This document shows positions 12,901 to 25,359 of a stretch of 64,000 nt of DNA, one piece after another. The notes beneath the pieces are model-generated. The model had not been told where the DNA came from and did no database searches. It worked only from the letters and a program-made list of their open reading frames with translations. How positions within the stretch are numbered: position 1 is the first letter of the stretch; each line of letters starts with the position of its first letter. This DNA comes from Takakia lepidozioides (Eukaryota; Plantae; Bryophyta), in NCBI GenBank assembly GCA_030704615.1, contig CM060731.1, forward strand, positions 1,178,001 to 1,242,000, in the 5' to 3' direction. The position numbers were made by a program, and so were the translations under genes.

Positions 12901-15900
12901 ACAGGTACTTGAATCCACAAATACCTAACTCCAAAATGTGGCCTTGTGAAGCCACTGATCAAAAACAATATCACTTATTCCCTCGACCTTGGTGCCAGGC
13001 TGGATTGTGCTTTTTGGGAACTGATTCAGAACCTTCACCGTCTGATCCAAGTTCCAAATCTCAAGCCACCTCACTTTTGTCTGGTTGTCAACCATAGAGA
13101 GAGCCAGCCTATGCAATTTCTCCTGTTGCATCTTTGGATGAACATGCTTGTCGTAGTGGGATTTGATTTGGAGAAGGAACTCCTCCCCAAGTCCGGGATC
13201 CACTATTCTCAATTGCTTCAGGAAGGCCGACATCAGCTTCGTTCTCCTTATCTCGTACTCCTTCTTTATGGCTGCTCCAACTCCTTTAGCAGTCCTCAAC
13301 TCTTCTGTTGTAGTGCGGTAGTACTCAGATTTCCCCCTCTCGGCGGCCTCTGCCAGTTCTTGCTGCAAGTATCAACGATTGGATTAGCAGACATACAATT
13401 GCAAATTTGTATGTAATAACATAGGAAGAAGTGGTTTGGGCCATATCGCATGCATGTACTCCAAAAATGCATCTCGGGTCAACGAGTACCAGGTCCCTGC
13501 AGATCTTCATGTTTCGCACTTCTTGATGACATCAGGATGTAGCACTGTGCGGAACTCATCAAGCTTCATCAAACCAATTCTTTGAATGCGGAATAGTGTG
13601 TGGACCAGGCTCGTAGTAACATGTGATTTCTCTGTCAATCTGCAAACAGGGAATACACATTGCATACGTAAGAAATATTTAACATTTGGACTTGAAATGC
13701 GCACAACATGCAATTTGAAAGGCTATGGGTTTCTGAGGAAGTCCTACTTGTTCACGTCATGCATAGCTGTCAAAAGTCTGGCAATGTCGTTCCCAGGATC
13801 CAAAACCATTGCCTCCACAACACAATGCTTGTCCTTGTTTTTTGAATGGTGTTTCGCAATGTACCCCATCCAAGCTAGCAAGCGATGGTTCCCGTCCCAG
13901 ACATAGAACATGTGGTTGCAGAACTGTTGGGTGTTATGTCCAAGCAGCAGAGAGTCTTCGAACTCGTCATTCACATCCTTCCAGCAATCATCCCAGTTGT
14001 CCGTAATCTCTGGGCTCACTTTTGTGCTGTGACCATTAGTATCCTTCAGTGAGACGTAAAAAACTTGTGCACCCATTCTATACCCGTGCACGAAATTTGT
14101 TTCCAACTTGGTAATGTCATGCGAAAGTGGAGGACGAACAACAAGCATGGAGATCATCCGGCAGAGAGGGATTTCAAGACATCCTCCAGAGACGATCATG
14201 TCCCTAATAACCTCCTGGGAATTTACCTTTTGATATGACATAAGTTGTTTCACCTTGTCAAGGTAGTGCAATTCAGGCTCGTCAATGTCTTCGCTGTTCT
14301 CAGAACTCTTTGTGGAGTCGTCCCCTTCTCCAGAGCCCTTTCTGCCTGTTTGGACTTTACATTCTTCTGCATACCCAAAACTGCCACAACAGCAACATTC
14401 AACTGGTGTTCAGGAAAACAGACATTTTAACACAGTGACGATCGGTACCGACCAGCACTTTGTCTTCTAACAAATGAATGGAAATCCTACTTGGTTTCCC
14501 AATGCACCTTGACTCCGTTCTCACTAGACTGCGATGATCGGTGCCGACCATCAGGATGATGCAAGCGATGGTCGGTACCGCACATCACCACAAGATAGCA
14601 TTGGGATGCAAACACCCATGAGGTCTAAATGTGATGGTCGGCACCGATCATCACTAGAAGTCAGAACCCATTCTATCACTCATTGAACTTGATGTCCTCT
14701 TTTGGATTATGGTGCATTGCCAATCTGTTCAAAAAGTGATGGTCGGTACCAATCATCACAATCAGACTGCCTTGGGAAGCACAACCCATGAGGTCTAAAT
14801 GTGATGGTCGGCACCGATCATCACTATAAGTCAGAATCCCCTCTATCACACATTGAACTTGATGTCCTCTCTTGGATTCTGGTGCATTGCCAATCTGTTC
14901 AAAAAGTGATGATCGGTACCGATCATCACAATCAGATTGCATTAGGAAGCAAACCCCATGACGTCTGAGTGTGATGGTCGGCACCGATCATCATTCTTAG
15001 TCAGAATCCCTTCTTTCACCCACTGAACTTGGTCTCCTTTTATGGATTATGGTGTATTGCCAAACCGTTCAAACAGTGATGGTCGGTACCGATCATCACA
15101 ATCAGACTGCCTTGGGAAGCACAACCCATGAGGTCTGGATGTGATGGTCGGCACTGATCATCACTTCACAATAGAATTCTGCATTTCATTGTATGAGATA
15201 TAGAGCATAGAAATGGACTTGTAGGCGATGGTCGACACCGACCATCACTTTGCTGTTTCTCCAATTCCAAATATGAAGTTGAATGGACATTTCTCCAACT
15301 AAAGAATTTCATTGTACAAAGGCTTTCAATGCGAGAAAGGATTTTGGGTTAACATGCAGTCATTGCCGAAAGTGATGATCGGTACCGACCATCACTATTT
15401 AAGTGCCAAGGGATGCACAAACAATGGGAGCTAAATGTGATGGTCGGTACCGATCATCACTTTCCTGAACGACCACGCCATTTCTAAACTGTTCTGAACA
15501 AGAAGGGAATGGACCTCAAAGCAATGATCGTTACCGATCATCGCTTCGACGTCATTGCAAGATGCGTCTTTAGTTCCCTGTCACTCTTGAATCACAATGA
15601 ACATCGCATTCTTTGCTTAAATAAAGCAATGGCAAAGGTGATGGTCGGCACCGATCATCACTTTCGCCTTGATACATATTCTTTCCTGCCTACCTGACTT
15701 CCTGAATCTGCTGAAATAAGACACCAACTATATTCTTCTGTAAAGCGATGATCGCCACCGATCATCACTTTTCTCACATCGGGGGACTATCAGTAAAGAG
15801 GGAGAAGTGCGTTTGAGAGAACTTACGGATCCCTTCACCTTCTTCGGCTTCGTGGCTGCATCGCTCGGATCGCCCTCTGCAATTTTCCTCTTCCTTTTTT

Positions 15901-16246
15901 CATCGGTCTAAACATAAGAAAAAACAATGTATTGATCCCACATGGAATGAAAAACATCAAGACTAATGATAACAGTATTATGTGGATATTGAATGATCAA
16001 CATTTCTGTCTGATGTAGGGTTTGCTGACTTCCTCCCGGTATGGCGTCCACTGCTCCTCCTTCTGTTGTGTTGTCTTTGTGCATGAACTCGGCTGGCACT
16101 ATTTGGTTACCTACGCTCACTGCTCCAGCCGTCGCTGCGACTGCGGCGACCTCACTCTCACTTCCTACATGCTCTTCTTCTTGATCTGTCTCCAAGTTCA
16201 CATGCTGCCTAAGCGCTGCACCATATTGCATGCGACGCCTCGTCAT
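9963..16246 (-). pseudogene. Spliced ParB/Srx-like domain + unknown middle region + beta-class N6A/N4C DNA methyltransferase-like protein, copy 1
   Basis: ParB exon ~13748-14366 (LEIPL...VVRP...FYVWDGNHRLLAW). MTase exons ~11084-11421, 10596-10925 and ~10310-10498 (ADMVILDILD..W..F; RER.P..QTLLE; VVDLTLSTGATY..C...R.LFGMEGD). Last exon 9963-10209. GT-AG introns. Frameshifts near 11330 and 10665, and a TAG at 12925 where copy 2 has CAG. The start codon is tentative. Confidence 0.8.
14434..15767. repeat. Intronic array of 24-bp palindromes GTGATG(A/G)TCGG(T/C)ACCGATCATCAC with a 170-bp higher-order repeat
   Basis: 16 copies here (e.g. 14631, 14736, 14801, 14906, 14971, 15076, 15141) plus four in other introns (~10984, 12263, 12358, 12494). 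Confidence 0.95.
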
Positions 16247-16649
16247 TTGCTCTCTTGATCTCAGCCTCTCTCTAACCGATGTAAAATACAATGATTTCCT
16301 CCTCTTCCGAACCGAACAAGGAACCCTCTCCAGCTTGACTTCCTCTCTTCCTCTAAGAAACAAGAATGATGAACAGACTCGCTTTCTTCCGGGGTCCATT
16401 CATTTTGGAAGTGTTCCTGGAACCGTTCGATTCCCTCTTGCGTGTCCAATACTTGAACGTACGTGACAGTGAAAATAGCGTAACCTATTTGGGACAACTG
16501 TTCCTTTGCGCGGTTGTTTTGGGTTCTTGGCGTGTGCAAACATAAATTTGACATGTGTCTTTTTTGTGACGGCTTCATTAATATCACCGTTGGACGTCAT
16601 GGATGAGAATTCTCGAAGTACTTGCCATGAGGCCTACTTAGGATTTAAC

Positions 16650-19600
16650 GGAATATGCGTACGTGGAGAGTTCTGGGCCAAGGGATTGCATGCACTTGGA
16701 TCACAAGCCAACGAAGGTGTCGGCTCAGGGGGATCAGGCGGGCTGCCTGGATCTGACTCTGGGGGGACAGGGAGTGTGGGAAGTAGTGCAACTGGAGCTG
16801 GGAATACTGTGAATATCGTGGGGCCAGTAGCAGGGAGTGCTCAAGGGCCACCACTTGGTGGAAGATCCACCACAACAACAACAGGTCCTGAAGGACCAGC
16901 ACCAGCAAGGGTGCAAGCACCTGTCAGTGGGCAGAAGGTAGGGCCACAGATGGCGTTACAACCAACACGGGCAAAACCACCTTTTCCAATATATTCAGGA
17001 AAAGGGGATCCCGATGTACACATTAGCCAATTTGAGCACATGTGTATAGTGAACAATGAGAATGGCGATGATGCCAAGATGAGATTGTTTCCTTGTTCAC
17101 TTATCAAGAAAGCAAGTGAATGGTATGCAAGATTCCCTGATAATCATTTCCTAACCTGGAATGGCTTGAATACAACATTCCGAAATAGGTTCAGGACAAG
17201 TAAAACCGATGATGAAGTGTATGGAAGTTTACAACAGTTAAAGCAAAAGGAGCATGAAACTGTTGAGGAGTATATGGAAAAGATGGAATTGATGATGAAA
17301 AAGCTGGCTGCAGTACCAGCACCAGGTTTACAGAAGACTTGGTTTGTGAGTGGACTAAGACCAGAGTTGCAGAAGAAAGTGGATATGTTACCCCATAATA
17401 TAGTGGAGGAGACATTTGAAACTGCAAACAGAATGGAGCAATTGAGAATGCTCAGGAGAGAGAAAAGGGATGATGAGGACTCTGAGGATGAGTCAGAAGA
17501 AGAACAAGAACAAGAACTGAAAAGGAAGAGTAAAAGAAAGGAGAAGTTGAAGAGGGATAACTATGAGAAAAGATTCGAAGAAATCTTGAAGAAGTATGCC
17601 ACAGAGGCTGCAACACATTGGAGGAAGAGTGTTTGGTGTGCAAAGTGCCAGAATGAAGGCCATACCACCACTGAATGCCACATGAAGGAGAAACACTATA
17701 CTATCTATAAAATGGATAACCATTCTACTGAGAATTGTTACTACAACAGATGGACAACAGCTAGAGAACCTAGGCAAGTAAGGGTGCATCAAGTGTAGCC
17801 CCAGCCAAGAAGAAACAGTGATCAGGACCACTATGGTAGGCCTGGTGGTTATAACAATGGCATGGAAGGGAGAGGTAATTCAAGAGGGAATTACCAAGGA
17901 AATTCCAGAGGCAACTATCAGGGTAATCCAAGGGGGAATTACCAGCCCGGGAATCAGGATTACAGAAATAATCCAAGAGCAGACCAAGGGCGAGGACCCA
18001 ATGGTGAAGAACTGTGTTACTATTGTAATCAGCCAGGACATCGCAAGGCAGCCTGTTCATTCTGGATTAGACACCAGAATGAGATGAGAGCTCCTGTGAA
18101 TGAGGGCCCAGTGGTGGCAGCTCACATGGTTAGGCCATGTGTTGTACCAGAAGTAAGTACAATGATAGTAACAAGAAGCAAAGCCAAACTAATACCTCCA
18201 GTAGTTGAGGAAGATGATGATAATGAAGGTGGCAGTGATATGCCTGAAGATGATGAGGCTTGGAGAGATGAGAAGGAACTGCACAAGGAAGTGGCAGATA
18301 CCAAAAGGGAAATGCAGAAGAGTACTGATATTCCTGTGGTAGATTCCTCTGGTTCTGATGGAGAAGAAGAAGTGAGTGAGGATGAAAGAAAGAAAGAAGA
18401 TGCAGACATGCAAAGTAATGAAGGGACTTTGGCTGAAGTAATATGCCAGACCAAAGCAGAGATTATCATTGGACAGCTATTGGCCGTGGCACCTTATTGT
18501 AAACACAGGCTGTATCAAGCAATCAATCGAATTGCCCATGACACAGGAAACACAGACCTGAACAACAAGGTGACCAGTTATAATGTGAAGCCGGAAGGGC
18601 GAGAAACAGTCATGGACTTTGATGATTCTATGCCAGTAATCCAATTGAGAACTGGAAGCACAGAACTAACTGATGTACTGATAGATGGAGGCTCTGGAGT
18701 CAATATCATGACAGACCAATTAAGAAAGAAGCTTGGTCTAAGTAACATGAAACCAGCCCCATTTACAGTAACAATGGCAGATCAAATGAATGTACAACCA
18801 TTGGGATTAATAAGAGGAGTTAAGATACAGATACAGAAGATGATCTTTATGATCACAGTAACTGTGTTGAAGATGGATGAAGTCATGGAGGCTTACTCCT
18901 TATTATTGGGACGTCCGTGGCTGAAACAGGCCAGGGTATTCCATGACTGGAATTCTCAGTTACTAACCGTGCATAATGGGATGCACGAGATACAAATTAC
19001 CACAAAGAAATCTAGTAGATTACCTGCTACGAGAAAACCTCGAGGGGTCAGAGAGTATGACTGGAGAGGAGGACTGGATGAGGAGCAGGAAGCTACCTTG
19101 TTTGTTGCACACCCAGAGTGGGAGCAGGTTGCAGAGATGCGGCTGAAAGGCCTAAGTTGTTTAAGAAGTATCTGATATGGTGTAGTGTCAGCAACACCAA
19201 TTGAAGAGGAAACCAGCAGTTACCCATCACATTTCTATGAAGAAAGAGAAGGAGAAATGGAAATCCTAGAGGAACCAGCCACTATGAGTTTACAGGATGA
19301 AGTGGTGACTGGTTGGACAATCACAGCTGATGAGCAGGTGAGGGAAGTGAATGTGGGAACTGAAGAGGAACCGAGGATGGTGAAGGTAGGAGCTGAATTG
19401 GAGCCAGAATTCTTTGAAGAAGCTAAGAGTTTGTTCATCAAATACAGAGATGTATTTGCTTGGAGCTATGAGGATCTAAAAGGGATACCACCTGAAATCT
19501 GTCAGCATAAGATTGAGCTGGAAGTTGGCTGAGGCTAAGTTTATATACCCAATAGAGTATACAACTTGGTTGTCAACCATTGTGATAGTTCCCAAGAAGA

Positions 19601-20422
19601 ATGGTAAACTAAGAGTTTGTGTGAACTACAAGAAGCTGAATGCTTGTACGAAGAAAGATCCTTTCCCTTTGCCATTCACAGAAGCAGTATTGGACACTGT
19701 GGCAGGCCATGAGATGTACTCATTCATGGATGGCTTCAGTGGTTATAATCAAGTGCAAGTGGTAGAAGCAGACCAAGGAAAGACAACTTTCATCACAGAC
19801 TGGGGTGCTTATGCATACAAAGTCATGCCCTTTGGACTTTGTAATGCACCAGCAACCTTTCAGAGAGTGATAAGTGAATCTTTTCATGAGTATCTGGATG
19901 ATTTCAGTGTGTACAACTCTAAGAATGAGCACTTGCATAAATTGGAGTTATGTCTGGCCAGATGCAAGATGAGAGGTCTGGGCCTGAATCCAGAGAAGTG
20001 TACTTTCTGTGTGAACTCAGGGGTGATTCTGGGACACATTGTGTGTAAGAGGGGACTTCTTGTGGATCCCAGGAAAACAGAGGCCATTAAAGCCTCTCCA
20101 CATCCAGTGAATGTTAAGAGTCCAAGGAGATTCCTTGGACAAACCATCTATTACAGAAGATTTGTCAGACGGTATGCACAGATAGCAGCACCATTGAGCA
20201 AACTTCTGAAGAAAGATGCAGTGTTTGCATTGACATCTGAATGTCAACAGGCTTTTGAGGAACTTACATTGTCAGTAACAACTACACCTGTGCTGATTAA
20301 TCCTCACTGGCAGGAAATATTTCATGTTCACTGTGATGCTTCTGGAGAAGCACTAGGAGCAGTGTTAGCCCAAAATGTTACAGGAAGGATAGATTCACCT
20401 GTGTACTATGCTTGCAGGTTGA
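16650..20422 (+). pseudogene. gag-pol (gag, zinc knuckles, protease, RT, start of RNase H), disrupted
   Basis: DPDVHISQFE..LFPCSL..ASEWY; CAKCQNEGHTTTEC; CYYCNQPGHRKAAC; LIDGGSGVNIM; PKKNGKLRVCVNY; YLDDF; HCDASGEALGAVL. Stops at 17798 and 19175; deleted after ~20422. Confidence 0.9.
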
Positions 20423-22115
20423 TACAGTCGGGCTATGATTATGCCCTTCAACCAAATTCCCATTGTGTTGGATTTGGCTTGGAAAGAATTTAGTCCTCCG
20501 CAGTCATTGGCACATTACTATCAAATCATGCGCATTTGGCTGCCAGTGGCCACTAGGACTAAAGTTCTTCCGAACAATCGACCAATTGAGGATCATCACT
20601 TTGCGCAGTACTGGCATGAGGCAAGTACCATGCTGAAGGAATTAATTGCCTTCCAAGTTGTACATGGATTCATTTATACCAAGACCAAAGAGGTAGCAAG
20701 TATTGTCATGGGCTGCGGGTTATACTACACAACTTGTTTTCTGGTACGTTATCACATTGAGCAGCAGAAGATGCAAACGCGCTTTCTGAGTTATTCGAGT
20801 GGGGATCATTGGGTCTTACCTTCAGTGCCACCTCATATGTACCTATATGAGGCAAAAGTTATGATGCAAAAGGATTCTCAGATTCGTTCATGGTTTCATG
20901 CGACCTGGAACAATTTGTCAACACAGAAATTTGGGCCTGACGATATTTTCTTTAAGGGACATGAGGCATGGAAATATTTGCACAATTCACAAGTCATTGG
21001 TACACCACTCACCTGGACAGACAAGGAGCTCAGGGTCTTCACCAATTTTGCAATTCAGCGCTTACAACAAGTTTTACAGTTTAAACTTCCAGGCATGGTG
21101 GGACAACATTGTATGCCCCAGAGAATTCCAGTTAAAGTTCGACAGTTAAAACACCTCAGGGGGGACGAGGATTATGATACAACTGTTTCTTCAGCGGACT
21201 CTTTTGACATGGCAGAGGACTATGCAATTCAGATGGCAGAGAAGAAGCGACGGGGGTCTCCTATGCCTGAAAGATTACCTCAATATCAGCCTCGAGAGGG
21301 ACTAACATATCCAGGTAGTGTTCAATTATCTCCCTCAACCAGTGACAGAACACGAGCTCGCACACGTCGTCCTTCACGAGACTCTAACCATCTGAAGGGT
21401 GCTCGCTCACAAAGGGTTACAAATCCCAAACAGTAAACCGTGAGGACACGGCTTTTTGAGAGGGGAAGGGGTAATGTTAGAGGACTGTCTGGGACTTAGG
21501 CACTTTTACGGGATCTGTGGGGTACCCTTAATTTTGCACAGACTGAGACCAATAGGAGTCTTAGGGGTGACAGCAGCGCACTTTAGGGGGGGGGGGGGGG
21601 TTTTACACAGCCCGTCACAGTCCGACACAGCCCGTCACAGCAACACAGCTCGTCACAGTCCAACACAGCCCGTCACAGTCTGACACAGCCCGACACAGCC
21701 CGACACAGCCGACACAATCGCACAGCCAGTCACAGCTTGACACAGCTGTCACGACCATAAGGAACGGATAGCAGGACAAGGAACGACTGTGGGGAACAAC
21801 ATCTGCGAATGGAACATGTTAGTTCACGGATGACGGTTAGTGAAGGAAATGGTTAGAACAATGGGTAGGAAGATAAAGCCAGGAGCAAGGACTGGAGGGG
21901 GAGAGCATTTCAAGAGGGGACTTTGGACATCACTGGGGGGAAATGAGGCAGAGAGGCATCTCTGAGCAGAAAGATGGAGAGCACGGAGTAGGAGGAGGAC
22001 GATCTGTTGATGCTTGATGAATTCAAGCAGTAGAGTTGTAATGTAGAGCAGATTAGAGACTCCATGGCTTCAGCCTGATACTTGATAGATATTAATCTGA
22101 TACATACTTCATACT
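20423..22115 (+). repeat. First copy of the duplicated 3' region (C-terminal part of extra ORF, PPT, partial LTR)
   Basis: Near-identical to 23066-24839. Confidence 0.93.
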
Positions 22116-24139
22116 ACCAAATGCAGGTGAAGCATGAAAGCAAGTTGCAAGAAGTGAATGCACTACATACGGAGTTGCAGACAATGCATGACAGGATGGC
22201 CATACAATGTGCTACACTCACAACTACGCTTGACCAAGCTACAATAGAAATAAACAGTCAAGCAGAAAGATGTACGAAGGCAAAGACAGAGAATGTTGAG
22301 CAAGTGAAACTCATTGTCGATATGAAAAATAGAATCTGTCGCAATGAGAATACTTTCAAGCAATACAGGCAGGTTGAAGCTGACCAAGAGAGGTACATCC
22401 TGGAGTTGCAACAAACGCTCATGGTAAATAGAAATGAACTCTCTGTGGCTAACAAGGCTTGGAAGGAAGCCAATAATCTGGCTGCTGCCTATGCGAGTTT
22501 GGTTGAACCTCATGCGAAGCGCATGGAGGCTTTACAGCAGCAGATAGATGTGTACAGGCTCACAGAGGAGCAGACTCTCAGGGGTACCACAAGCAACTTG
22601 GTGGATAACCACCTTATGCAGGTCTGGTTAGCACAAGGGCCGGTGGAGGGCAAAGCACCACGAAAGCTCATCCAAAGCGAGATGAATGAGCTCAGACTGC
22701 AAGTGCAGAACATTGCCACAACTACTATAGACAATGTCTATAGTAGGATAGTGGAGTTACAGGAGGATGTAGACGGCCTGCAGACTCAGGTGGAGGACCT
22801 CACTTCAAATATTGACAAGAGAATCTGTGTACCTGAGGAACAGCTGATGGCTTCTTATTTACAAGCGAGAACTTTGGCTTTTCAGTCTTCTTTGCAGGGG
22901 GTGCAGGAGATGTCAATGGTACAAGAGCCACTGCCACCAACACCACAACAAGTCACTGTGCCAGTAGCTGACCCTGTTGTTACTACAGCCACACCACGGC
23001 CACCACAGCCTGAGGTATGGGGGAATGCTGCTTTTAACCCACCTAAAACTCCAGCTGCACGGGAGTACAGTCGGGCTATGATTATACCCTTCAACCAAAT
23101 TCCCATTGTGTTGGATTTGGCTTGGAAGGAATTTAGTCCTCCGCAGTCATTGGCACATTACTATCAAATCATGCGCATTTGGCTGCCAGTGGCCACTATG
23201 ACTAAAGTTCTTCCGAACAATCGACCAATTGAGGATCATCACTTTGCGCAGTATTGACATGAGGCAAGTACCATGTTGAAGGAATTAATTTTCTTCCAAG
23301 TTGTACATGGATTCATTTATACCAAGACCAAAGAGGTAGCAAGTATTGTCATGGGCTGCGGGTTATACTACGCTGCTTGTTTTCTGGTACTTTATCACAT
23401 TGAGCAGCAGAAGATGCAAACGCGCTTTCTGAGTTATTCGAGTGGGGATCATTGGGTCTTACCTTCAGTGCCACCTCATATGTACCTATATGAGGCAAAA
23501 GTTATGATGCAAAAGGATTCTCAGATTCGTTCATGGTTTCTTGCGGCCTGGAACAATTTGTCAACACAGAAATTCGGCCCTGATGATATTTTCTTTAAGG
23601 GACATGAGGCATGGAAATATTTGCACAATTCACAAGTCATTGGTACACCACTCACCTGGACAGACAAGGAGCTCAGGGTCTTCACCAATTTTGCAATTCA
23701 GCGCTTACAACAAGTTTTACAGTTTAAACTTCCAGACATGGTGGGACAACATTGTATGCCCCAGAGAATTCCAGTTAAAGTTCGACAGTTAAAACACCTC
23801 AGGGGGGACGAGGATTATGATACAACTGTTTCTTCAGCGGACTCTTTTGACATGGCAGAGGACTATGCAATTCAGATGGCAGAGAAGAAGCGACGGGGGT
23901 CTCCTATGCCTGAAAGATTACCTCGATATCAGCCTCGAGAGGGACTGACATATCCAGGTAGTGTTCAATCATCTCCCTCAACCAGTGACAGGACACGGGC
24001 TCGCACACGGAGTCCTTCACGAGACTTTAACCGTCAGAAGGGTGCTCGCTCACAAAGGGTTACAAATCCCAAACAGTACGTGAGGACACGGCTTTTTGAG
24101 AGGAGAAGGGGTAATGTTAGAGGACTGTCTGGGACTTAG
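22116..24139 (+). pseudogene. Extra sense-strand 3' ORF of the Gypsy element: coiled-coil region, Pro-rich linker and unknown globular domain
   Basis: ORFs 22082-23257 and 23273-24139 are in frame. The TGA at 23255 is TGG in the duplicate copy. Confidence 0.75.
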
Positions 24140-24249
24140 GCACTTTTACGGGATCTGTGGGGTACCCTTAATTTTTGCACAGATTAAGACTAACAGGAGC
24201 CTTAGGGGTGACAGCAGCGCACTTTAGGGGGGGGGGGGGGGGGGGGGGG

Positions 24250-25114
24250 GTTACACAGCCCGTCACAGTCCGACACAGCCCGTCACAGTCTGACGCAGCC
24301 CGTCACAGCCGACACAGCCCGTCACAGTCCAACACACCCGTCACAGTCCGACACAGCCGACACAGCCGCCACAGCCAGACACAGCCGTCACAGCCAGTCA
24401 CAGTTCGACACAGCCCAACACAGCCCAACACAGTCGCACAGCCAGTCACAGTTTCACACAGCCAGTCACAGCTTGACATAGCTGTCACGACCATAGGGAA
24501 CGGATAGGAGGACAGGGAACAACTGTGGGGAACAACATCTGCGAATGGAACATGTTAGTTCACGGATGACGGTTAGTGAGGGAAACGGTTAGAACCACGG
24601 AAAGGAAGATAAAGCGAGGAGCGGGGACTGGAGGAGGATCACTTCGGGGGGGATCAGAACTTGGAAATGAAGCGGAGAGCGCATCTCTGAGGAGAAAGAG
24701 GAGAGCACGGAGTAGGAGGAAAACGATCTGTTGATACTGGCTGAATGCAAGAAGTAGAGTTGTAATGTAGAGCAGAATAGAGACACCATGGCTTCAGCCT
24801 GATACTTGATAGATATTAATCTGATACATACTTCATACTCACACTGTGTAGAGAGACCTGAGTGAAGCTGTGGAATGAATGGATGGAACTTGATAGAATT
24901 CTGAAGCAAACTGATACTTAATTGCAGATAGTAAGGTAACTCGCTAACATGAATGCGGGAAGGAGTATAAATAGGAAACACCCCCATGATACACTAGCTG
25001 TAGGTCATGATTGATTATTTTGAGCGGGCTGAGTGCTTAGAGATTTCCAACTCTTCTATCTTGGAGTTCCCACCTCGGATAGCGAAGGGATGGGTGAGTA
25101 AAAGCCGCGTGACA
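24250..25114 (+). repeat. 3' LTR (~865 bp) with a CACAGCC(C)G(T/A) ~10-bp minisatellite, preceded by a poly-G polypurine tract
   Basis: Poly-G run ~24226-24250, start GTTAC, end GTGACA, TATAAATA near 24966. Confidence 0.75.
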
Positions 25115-25359
25115 ACGCACACTGTCTGTTCCCCACTCTCTACCTGATTTTAGATTTGAAAATAGGCCGCTCATGGCCAGTATGCCATGTTCAAATCACC
25201 CATTATTGGAAGCTCAAACAGTGTGCGGCAACGCACACTGTTTTTGGCCCGCACAATGCTTGTTTTCTCATGTGAAATTGGGCCACATCGGGCCTACCTG
25301 CCATGCTCAAAACACCATCTGTTCTTGCCTCTCTCTTATATCAATTTGAATGAACAACT

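Larger units (their letters stand above)
16650..25114 (+). mobile_element. Ty3/Gypsy non-chromovirus-type LTR retrotransposon; lacks the 5' LTR and integrase, 3' region duplicated
   Basis: gag, PR, RT, partial RNase H, an extra 3' ORF, poly-G PPT and a 3' LTR ending GTGACA. The left boundary is approximate. Confidence 0.85.

Noticed and set aside
9963-16246. Bacterial or phage contamination explaining the ParB-MTase
   Set aside because: GT-AG introns at matching positions in both copies, nesting among plant TEs and C-to-T-type nonsense decay indicate nuclear plant DNA.
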